Origin: Candidatus Thorarchaeota archaeon | GTDB lineage: Archaea; Asgardarchaeota; Thorarchaeia; Thorarchaeales; Thorarchaeaceae | Direction of reading: 5' to 3' | Length of the DNA: 10,248 nucleotides | NCBI GenBank assembly: GCA_016840855.1 | Contig: JAEORO010000228.1 | Span: 1 to 10,248, forward strand | Shown: positions 1 through 6,332 of the stretch, in pieces | How positions within the stretch are numbered: the first letter of the stretch is position 1 | Layout of the letters: the number at the start of each line of letters is the position of its first letter | Program-made: the position numbers and the translations under genes | Notes under the pieces: model-generated | What the model saw: only the letters and a program-made list of their open reading frames with translations | What the model was told of the DNA's origin: nothing | Databases searched by the model: none

Positions 1-109
1 AGCGACTTAGGTCGGACCTAAGAAGAAGGTAGATGTTATAGCTTCAGTCCCGATAGCACAGAAAGAGATGAATTTAGTGTGGTAAACAAGAGCTATCGTT
101 CTATCTTAC

Positions 110-574
110 TCACTCTACTTCAATCCACTCAAGCTCCTCAGAATAATGCCCGTATTTTGAAACGAGTTTCATTCCGAAGATGTATTGAATAGGAACTGGA
201 CCTGCGTATCCATATTGTCCAATTAGGAAAGACGGTATATACGCCCATGTCAAGAACAAACCTGGGAAAATCAGACTTAATATGCCAACATAAAACACGT
301 GGTTTCGATGTGCCTTTCCATTAATGGATCTAATCACCTGTACCACGAATAGAAGACTCAATGGGGCCACAAGTGGAAGATAAATTGACCAGTAATACAT
401 ACCTGAAATGATAGTGATACCTTCTGTGACACCATAATCATATGCAAGAACTGGGGTAAGAAAGACATATCCAATAACGACTTCATCTGAGACTGGTGAC
501 ATGGCCATAGGACATAAGAAACTGACAAACGAAAAGAGTATCACCAAAATGAATCTTCTATCAATCTTCATCAC
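110..574 (-). CDS. Hypothetical multi-pass membrane protein (about 4 TM segments)
   Basis: 154-aa ORF with several hydrophobic segments, a GPVPIQYIFG motif near the C-terminus and an acidic tail (EELEWIEVE). Start is GTG 574 or ATG 571. Confidence 0.8.
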   Translation of the reverse strand: MMKIDRRFILVILFSFVSFLCPMAMSPVSDEVVIGYVFLTPVLAYDYGVTEGITIISGMYYWSIYLPLVAPLSLLFVVQVIRSINGKAHRNHVFYVGILSLIFPGLFLTWAYIPSFLIGQYGYAGPVPIQYIFGMKLVSKYGHYSEELEWIEVE

Positions 575-766
575 ATTTCTCTATTCTTTTAGCGGTCTTC
601 TTTATTTATTTTTGGAAAGTGAAATGTTTGCATCACACCGATTATTTGTCGAGCTTATTCACAATATAATTTAAAATTCAAAAGATGATTATATTTATTA
701 ATTTCTTCGTTAAATAATTCTGCGACGGAATTCTACCGTCATATATTGTTTGGGAGAGGTGACTAA
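575..766. promoter_or_regulatory. AT-rich divergent promoter region
   Basis: Very AT-rich gap between divergent genes with several TATA-like words (e.g. TTAAATA near 710). A GGAGAGGTGA SD-like sequence lies just upstream of TTG 767. Confidence 0.55.
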
Positions 767-1288
767 TTGAGGAAAGTAAGAGTACTACAGATTTTGTTTG
801 TGATTTCTATCATATTAGGACTAAATACCCCAGTATGGGCTGCATCTTTATCACGTAGTCCCATTGAAGCAAAGGCAGTAGACGATTATCTTGCTGATTG
901 GTGCAATCCGCTATATGGTGAGTGTGAGAGGATCTTCATGCCTTTAGCTCCGAATGGATGGGGTGTTAGATACACTGAAGAGTTATGTGGTTGGGGTCAA
1001 CACCATCTTGATGTTTTGTGGTATTTTGCAGATATACCAACTGATGGGGATGACTACTATTTCAGTTTCTATGTTGATAAGGTTGGAGAATGGATGAAAG
1101 TGTATTACTGGCGTAACTCACAATGGAATCTACTGGGTTATGTGTTTGGACCTGGGTCACATTCATTCAAGATTGCCACACCACAATCATCTTCGCCCGT
1201 GTTTCTTTTTGAGGATTACTTAAGAAATTTCGATTTTAGTAAAAGTAAATGGGAAATCGGGTGGCCTTACATTACGGTATACTCATAG
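767..1288 (+). CDS. Hypothetical secreted protein, Trp/Tyr-rich, probably beta-sandwich
   Basis: Signal-peptide-like N-terminus (MRKVR, hydrophobic core, VWA-A cleavage-like site), strong SD, and aromatic-rich beta-strand-like segments with three Cys. Confidence 0.8.
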   Translation: MRKVRVLQILFVISIILGLNTPVWAASLSRSPIEAKAVDDYLADWCNPLYGECERIFMPLAPNGWGVRYTEELCGWGQHHLDVLWYFADIPTDGDDYYFSFYVDKVGEWMKVYYWRNSQWNLLGYVFGPGSHSFKIATPQSSSPVFLFEDYLRNFDFSKSKWEIGWPYITVYS

Positions 1289-1313
1289 AATCGGTGTTGA
1301 TGACTGCGGAAAG

Positions 1314-1532
1314 ATGGGTCGATCAGTCCAACCAAGTTTGGACTCCGAACTTGAAAATTGGTCTGTTAAAGAAACAGCAAAATCTCTAGATGTCAAGCGA
1401 GGGCATTCAAACAGAGCTGTGTATCGTTTGTTTCGTAATAGGGCAATATATCTCCAAAGTATAATATCCAGAAACCCTATTCCTCATTGGAAGGGATTTG
1501 ACGCATTTGAAGCATTAATGACACATGTTTAA
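1314..1532 (+). CDS. Small putative HTH protein, possibly degenerate
   Basis: WSVKETAKSLDVKRGHSNRAVYRL resembles an HTH pattern (S-x-x-E-x-A-x-x-L ... R-x-x-x-x-L). Its TAA stop directly abuts the next ATG (TAAATG, 1530-1535). Confidence 0.45.
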   Translation: MGRSVQPSLDSELENWSVKETAKSLDVKRGHSNRAVYRLFRNRAIYLQSIISRNPIPHWKGFDAFEALMTHV

Positions 1533-1756
1533 ATGTCAATGAATGAGGAAGTAGCATAGGTACAGAGGAAATCAAACTCTGTGAGGAATAGATGAAATAT
1601 TGTAGAATTGGCAACCTACAGCATGAGGGTGGAAAATAGAGTGCAGTAGAAACCTATCAAGAAGTCATCGAAATATTGCAGCATGAGTTACAACAGGTAC
1701 AAGCGAAACGAAGACCGATCATTGAACGCAAGAAGAAGGTGAAGAATGCTGAGTAA
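1533..1756 (+). pseudogene. Interrupted small coiled-coil gene (3 in-frame TAG plus one -1 frameshift)
   Basis: Reconstructed as MSMNEEVA*VQ/EEIKLCEE*MKYCRIGNLQHEGGK*SAVETYQEVIEILQHELQQVQAKRRPIIERKKKVKNAE. It fills the gap between its neighbours exactly, abutting the upstream stop and overlapping the downstream ATG 1746 by 11 nt. Confidence 0.5.
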
Positions 1757-1976
1757 GGCTGTTGCGAAGATCCTAGACGAACTATCAAAGGAACCATGCA
1801 CACCAAAGCAATTGGTTCAACATACTGGTCTTGCTGGGCGTACAGTTTCATTTCATCTTAGGAACCTGCTTCAGAAGAACCCACCACTGATAGAAAAATG
1901 GTGGAACTTAGAGGATGCAAGACAGGCAGTTTACTCAATCATCAAATCAGAGATGCAGGGAACATTAAAGAGTTGA
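1746..1976 (+). CDS. Small winged helix-turn-helix protein (MarR/ArsR-like)
   Basis: KILDELSKEPCTPKQLVQHTGLAGRTVSFHLRNL is an HTH, followed by a wing-like segment (LIEKWWNLEDARQAVYSI) containing a MarR-type DxR motif. Confidence 0.85.
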   Translation: MLSKAVAKILDELSKEPCTPKQLVQHTGLAGRTVSFHLRNLLQKNPPLIEKWWNLEDARQAVYSIIKSEMQGTLKS

Positions 1977-2008
1977 ATCAGAATGCCTTTCGATAGGAAG
2001 GATGTTTC

Positions 2009-2230
2009 GTGGCTCAAAAGGCAAAGATTGTTGGCGACATTCTAGTGAAATGGAAACGGAATCAACTCATTGTCGTTTCTTTCATCATGATGGTAGTTTT
2101 CATCTTCACTTATTTGATGTGGAATGAGGGGGATCTAATGATGGCCCTAATTGGTGCGATCTCAGAGATTCCTTTGGCATTTCTCTTTTACTGGATTGCA
2201 AAGAAACCAATAAGATTAACGAATCTGTGA
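2009..2230 (+). CDS. Small 2-TM membrane protein
   Basis: Two hydrophobic helices flanked by basic residues, with an AGGAAGGA SD-like sequence upstream of the GTG. Confidence 0.65.
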   Translation: MAQKAKIVGDILVKWKRNQLIVVSFIMMVVFIFTYLMWNEGDLMMALIGAISEIPLAFLFYWIAKKPIRLTNL

Positions 2231-2302
2231 GGAAGAAAAATCGAGCGAATCAAGACTCTCAGAAGGAATTGATACCAAATAAGTGAAGATCTGTTTCTAA
2301 AT

Positions 2303-2500
2303 TTACTTATTGCTATATTTGTAGATTATCAGAATAATAATCACAAAAACAACAAGTCCAACAACCCTATATGTGAAGTTCAGAATTTCAATGGTTACTT
2401 CTGGGGAATATGGTGCTGCTGCTAATGAACCCCCAATTCCAGTAAGAGCAATGATAGCTACCACAATGAATGCAGCAATCCAGAATTCCACTTTTGTCAC
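2303..2500 (-). CDS. Small 2-TM membrane protein
   Basis: 65 aa with two clear hydrophobic helices and a basic C-terminal tail (YKYSNK). Confidence 0.7.
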   Translation of the reverse strand: MTKVEFWIAAFIVVAIIALTGIGGSLAAAPYSPEVTIEILNFTYRVVGLVVFVIIILIIYKYSNK

Positions 2501-2552
2501 GAGACCATCAGTTTCTCAACAATTCCAAAGATTTCTTCAGCCACTTCTAACA

Positions 2553-2629
2553 CTGAGATAGAGTTCATCTCAGAGATTATAAAGTATGACACTCAATAAT
2601 ATTGAGTGACAATTCAAAGTCATTATGAC
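2553..2629. promoter_or_regulatory. Palindrome cluster around a minus-strand TATA-like box
   Basis: CTGAGAT-N7-ATCTCAG (2553-2573), minus-strand TTTATAAT (2576-2583), CACTCAATA-A-TATTGAGTG (2590-2608) and GTCAT-T-ATGAC (2619-2629). Confidence 0.5.
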
Positions 2630-2687
2630 ATCTGTTGACTGTTTCTAATACATCATGTCCGAGAATGTGAGGATTACAATTGCCTGC

Positions 2688-2888
2688 CTAATTTTTGAGC
2701 TGATTCGATTCAATATATTGAGAGTCGCGCAATCGCCAGAAATTTTTGATACTCTCACGAATTTGATTAGGAATACGGGGTTGACCACCATCATCAAGAC
2801 AAAAGACACAATAACATTCTTCATTGATTTCTCTAAGAATTTTCTCACGAGTATCTTCCACAGCGCCACACAAATGGCATCTCTTCAT
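2688..2888 (-). CDS. Small zinc-ribbon protein (CxxC...CxxC), resembling Zn_ribbon_2-type domains
   Basis: MKRCHLCG...YCVFCLDDGG followed by an amphipathic helix (QIRESIKNFW). ATG 2888 is preferred over the TTG at 2918. Confidence 0.75.
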   Translation of the reverse strand: MKRCHLCGAVEDTREKILREINEECYCVFCLDDGGQPRIPNQIRESIKNFWRLRDSQYIESNQLKN

Positions 2889-2971
2889 CGAACTCAGCTC
2901 ACTTGGTAGTAAATTCAACTACATAATAAGCGAACTCATTAACGCATGTTCTAGCTTCTTTCCTTTTTTGC

Positions 2972-3012
2972 GCAATATTACGTGAAACGTGGGAGTATTA
3001 AGCTAATATTGC
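2972..3012. promoter_or_regulatory. Inverted repeat in divergent intergenic region (candidate operator)
   Basis: GCAATATTA (2972-2980) and TAATATTGC (3004-3012) with a 23-nt spacer, upstream of the PadR-like gene. Confidence 0.4.
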
Positions 3013-3042
3013 ACTTTCTTTTACCAATTGAGGTTCAATAGA

Positions 3043-3891
3043 ATGAAGCCAGCTAGGTCAGAATTAATAAGAAAGATTCTCCTAGAGTTAAATGGCTCGC
3101 CTTCCTCAATTTATGATATATTGTATTCATTGACTGGTTATGTAGATCCACGAAGGACGAGACTCCCTAAATTATTGAAAGCAATGGAAACAGATGGTCT
3201 AATAGTTAGTGCACTCCAACCCGGACCTCTAGGACCTTATAGGAGAATGTATGAATTAGGACCAAAGGCTGAAATCCAGCTCAGGGAGAGTCTTCGAAAT
3301 AGTATCGAAACTCTACTTCATTTCTATAATATATATCGTAAAGAAAATCCGCAAAAATTATACAATTTCTCAGAAGAAATCAACCTACGCAGATGTAAGG
3401 GACAGATTTTGTATGTAGCGTTTCCGCACTTGAGGACTGGGGATCTTGAGTTTATCCGAGAATTACTCTATACCTCAGAAGAGTCCAAAATATCTATAGT
3501 TGGTTCAGATCTAATTTTGAAAAAGACTGGTATAAATTATGAAGTAGTAGGTGAAGACATCACCTGTTTAGATGTTGAAAGCAAAACTTTCTCCGAGATA
3601 AGTTTCCACGGTATTCCAAAATTTGAGAAACTGCCAAAGGCAATAGAAGAGTGCAAAAGAGTAATGACACGAAAAGGATGTCTTCGAGTCTATGTCCCAT
3701 ATGCGTTCTTTGATGAACCTGACAAACCCACTTTGGAAGAATTTCTAAGAGTCACATCAAATGAACTATTCCCAGAATTAGGCATTGTACAAGGTGATAA
3801 GGTGAAACGAATTATCGAGTACTATTTCCCAAATTTGAGTGTATTCGAAACAAGTCTTGGGGAGGTTGTCTTTCTTGCAACAAAGTCATAA
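3043..3891 (+). CDS. PadR-like wHTH regulator fused to a degenerate class I SAM-methyltransferase-like domain
   Basis: N-terminal part: ILLEL...SIYDI...LKAMETDGLIVS...GPYRRMYELGPK (PadR wing). C-terminal part: GEDITCLDVESKTFSEI...AIEECKRVMTRKGCLRVYVP (Methyltransf_11-like C-terminal motifs). ATG 3043 is the likely start, although the ORF extends to TTG 3028. Confidence 0.8.
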   Translation: MKPARSELIRKILLELNGSPSSIYDILYSLTGYVDPRRTRLPKLLKAMETDGLIVSALQPGPLGPYRRMYELGPKAEIQLRESLRNSIETLLHFYNIYRKENPQKLYNFSEEINLRRCKGQILYVAFPHLRTGDLEFIRELLYTSEESKISIVGSDLILKKTGINYEVVGEDITCLDVESKTFSEISFHGIPKFEKLPKAIEECKRVMTRKGCLRVYVPYAFFDEPDKPTLEEFLRVTSNELFPELGIVQGDKVKRIIEYYFPNLSVFETSLGEVVFLATKS

Positions 3892-3965
3892 TAGTATAAC
3901 ACTAGCAGGTAAAGTAAAAGACATATGGATTCATGCCTTGCCAGCTTACTGAGATGGAATAACAA

Positions 3966-4397
3966 ATGTCACAAAAGGAGCAAGAGTTAATCGCTCTTGT
4001 CGAAAATGAAAATGTGAGTGCCATCCAAATTTTGGCTGATCGATTAGGAATCACAACAGATGATGTCATTGAACTCATTCATAGTCTGCTTCAAACAGGT
4101 GACCTGAAAGGTGTGCTTACAGAGGATGGAAATCGATTCTATAAAAGTGATGTAAAACTCTCAGATGCACCAAGAATCGTTAGAGATGATACTCTTCCAA
4201 GTTTCTTGAGCTTTAATACCCGTCCAGCTATCATTACAATTATTATAGGAATTCTCATTCTAACTGGCGGTCTAATCATAAACGCATTCGCAGCTGATAT
4301 TGCCGAAAGCAATTTTGCAGCTATTCTAATTCTCTTAGGGATAGTAATTCTGATTTTTGGACTGTACTATCTTTCCAAACGAAAAACACCATCATGA
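3966..4397 (+). CDS. PCI-like winged-helix domain protein with two C-terminal TM helices
   Basis: IQILADRLGITTDDVIELIHSLLQTGDLKGVLTEDGNRFY matches the PCI/wHTH pattern. Two hydrophobic helices and a basic tail (SKRKTPS) follow. Confidence 0.8.
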   Translation: MSQKEQELIALVENENVSAIQILADRLGITTDDVIELIHSLLQTGDLKGVLTEDGNRFYKSDVKLSDAPRIVRDDTLPSFLSFNTRPAIITIIIGILILTGGLIINAFAADIAESNFAAILILLGIVILIFGLYYLSKRKTPS

Positions 4398-4468
4398 GAT
4401 TGTAAGTTTGTTCTATAGTACCCCTTAAGTAGTGGTCTGATTGCCAAGCTGGAATTGGAAGGACTAGT

Positions 4469-5437
4469 ATGCAAGATTTGCTTCTGCAAGCAGCCTTAAT
4501 CGCTGTTTATGCAGTAGGTGTTGGAACAATTTCATCAATGGTTGGAATTGGAGGAGGGATATTCAATACTCCTCTTTTGATGATTATTTTCCTATTGAGT
4601 GCACAGGTAGCACCTGCAACTTCACTTGTTGCAGCTTTCTTTCTTGCTATAGCTAGTAGCATCGCATATTGGAGACAAAATCCAAATCCCATTATTCCGA
4701 GAGCTGGTTTATTTCTTGCTGTTACAACCACACCAGGATCAATGATTGGTGTTGCACTGAGGACATTGATAGAAAGTGATTATACACTACGGTTAATCTT
4801 TGGCATTTCATTGATGCCTGTAGCGATTAAGATGCTATTTGCAGTTAGACGTGAAAAAGGAGATATAGCTTCAGAGCTTGCTAGTTATAACATATCGAAT
4901 CTTCCGAATAAAAGACTAGCAATCTCACTCCTTGGAGGTTTCATTGGAGGTGTGTCAGCAGGATTGCTTGGAATTGGAGGAGGAGCAATTATTGTACCCG
5001 TGCTTTCAATCCTAATGGGTCTGCCAATGCATGCCGCAGCTGCAACATCTATGCTGACAATGGTATTTACTGCAGGAGCTGGTTCTGCAATGAACCTGTT
5101 TAGTGGCTACATCGATCCATATTATGCAATATCACTTAGTGTTGGTATGCTTGTTGGAGCACAAGTTGGTTCGAAACTTGCATGCAAAGTCAACTCAGTT
5201 CAGTTGAAAAGAGCCTTTGGAATCATTCTTGTATTCCCATTAGTCAAAATGATGAAACTAGGTCAAATTTGGCTTGACCCATCAGGAACTAATGTGCTAG
5301 TGTCAACAATCGGCGACATAATCATCTGGTTAATCATCGTCATTCCAATAGGACTTTTCAGACTATATCAGCTACAAAAAACTTCCAGGGTAATAGTTGC
5401 AAAAGAGGAACCTTGTGATCTTCCATCTCCTGAGTAA
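4469..5437 (+). CDS. TSUP family (TauE/SafE sulfite exporter-like) permease
   Basis: Two GIGGG motifs (MVGIGGGIFNTPLL and LLGIGGGAIIVPVL), each followed by an ATS motif, plus GAQVGSKLA...LKRAFG. One additional C-terminal TM is present. Confidence 0.93.
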   Translation: MQDLLLQAALIAVYAVGVGTISSMVGIGGGIFNTPLLMIIFLLSAQVAPATSLVAAFFLAIASSIAYWRQNPNPIIPRAGLFLAVTTTPGSMIGVALRTLIESDYTLRLIFGISLMPVAIKMLFAVRREKGDIASELASYNISNLPNKRLAISLLGGFIGGVSAGLLGIGGGAIIVPVLSILMGLPMHAAAATSMLTMVFTAGAGSAMNLFSGYIDPYYAISLSVGMLVGAQVGSKLACKVNSVQLKRAFGIILVFPLVKMMKLGQIWLDPSGTNVLVSTIGDIIIWLIIVIPIGLFRLYQLQKTSRVIVAKEEPCDLPSPE

Positions 5438-5496
5438 GTTGATACTTAATAGGGAGTCTGCATCTGTATCACGACTAAAATGTTTGATACAGGAGT

Positions 5497-6270
5497 TTGA
5501 TTTTATTGAAATACGATTTAGATGGAAAAATTGTCATCATTACAGGTGCGTCAGCTGGACTTGGTGAGCAATTCGCTCACGCTTTTTCAGAGTCAGGAGC
5601 TCATGTTGTCTTAGGCGCAAGAAGAAAAGACCTCCTTGAGAAAGTAGCTGATGAAGTTTCAAGGAAGTATGATGTCAAAGCACTTCCTATCAAAACGGAT
5701 GTTACTATGGAATCAGACATAGTCAATCTCGTAGATACAACAGTAAATGAATTTGGTACTGTGGATGTTTTAGTGAATAACGCAGGAATGTATATCGTTA
5801 AACCATTTATTGAACAGACTCTTGATGACTGGAATACGGTAATGGATGTCAATCTTACATCAGCATTTCTTGCATCTCGAGAAGTCGCAAAGGTAATGAT
5901 TCCAAAGAAGTCAGGTTCGATAATTAATATCTCATCAACATTTGGTTTTGGTGGAACTGAATTTACTGAAATCAGCTATTATGTGTCTAAAGGAGGAATG
6001 GTCACACTAACAAAAGCGTTAGCAGTGGAACTTGGTAAGTACAACATTAGAGTGAATGCGATTGCACCAGGATTTTTCCCAACTGCAATGTCAATTGGCG
6101 CACTGACGGATAAGGCAATCAGCAATCGGTTAATTAAACCAAGAACTGCTCTTCCAATGTTTGCCGAGAACGAATGGATTCGAGGTGCAGCTTGTTTTCT
6201 CGCAAGTGAAGATGCCAGATACATTACAGGTCATACCCTGGCTGTAGATGGCGGATGGTTAGCTTATTAG
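5497..6270 (+). CDS. Classical SDR family oxidoreductase (FabG/gluconate 5-dehydrogenase-like), probably NADP(H)-dependent
   Basis: TGASAGLG, NNAG, catalytic Ser (NISS), YYVSK (YxxxK), VNAIAPG and VDGG. Basic ARR follows beta-2. The spacing from AGGAG (5491-5495) favours TTG 5506 as the start. Confidence 0.95.
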   Translation: MILLKYDLDGKIVIITGASAGLGEQFAHAFSESGAHVVLGARRKDLLEKVADEVSRKYDVKALPIKTDVTMESDIVNLVDTTVNEFGTVDVLVNNAGMYIVKPFIEQTLDDWNTVMDVNLTSAFLASREVAKVMIPKKSGSIINISSTFGFGGTEFTEISYYVSKGGMVTLTKALAVELGKYNIRVNAIAPGFFPTAMSIGALTDKAISNRLIKPRTALPMFAENEWIRGAACFLASEDARYITGHTLAVDGGWLAY

Positions 6271-6273
6271 TTT

Positions 6274-6314
6274 AAAAAGAAAAAGAAGAGGAAGGCAGAA
6301 TTATCTGCCTTTCC
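6274..6314 (-). terminator. Hairpin plus U-tract terminator between convergent genes
   Basis: AAGGCAGA (6292-6299) pairs with TCTGCCTT (6304-6311) around a 4-nt loop. On the minus strand a long T-rich tract follows (complement of AAAAAGAAAAAGAAG). Confidence 0.7.
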
Positions 6315-6332
6315 CAAACTTATGATATTGTT

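Noticed and set aside
17-31. PKKKV, an SV40 NLS-like peptide in frame +2
   Set aside because: Five residues in an unverified frame of A-rich sequence is expected by chance.
1657-1851. 64-aa minus-strand ORF with CTCCNSCC
   Set aside because: Antisense shadow of the Gln-rich cryptic gene and the wHTH. The Cys codons are complements of the CAA/CAG-rich plus strand.
2373-2561. 62-aa plus-strand ORF
   Set aside because: Antisense to the more convincing 2-TM gene at 2303-2500, with no recognisable features.
2577-2690. Readthrough of the zinc-ribbon TAG giving a 36-aa extension
   Set aside because: The extension is not protein-like and runs through the palindrome and TATA cluster.
2645-2909. Overlapping ORFs 2645-2869 (-) and 2655-2909 (+)
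   Set aside because: Alternative frames over the zinc-ribbon gene, which has a coherent CxxC/CxxC motif.
4542-4983. 16-bp direct repeat TTGGAATTGGAGGAGG at 4542-4557 and 4968-4983
   Set aside because: It encodes the two GIGGG motifs of the known internal duplication in TSUP transporters.
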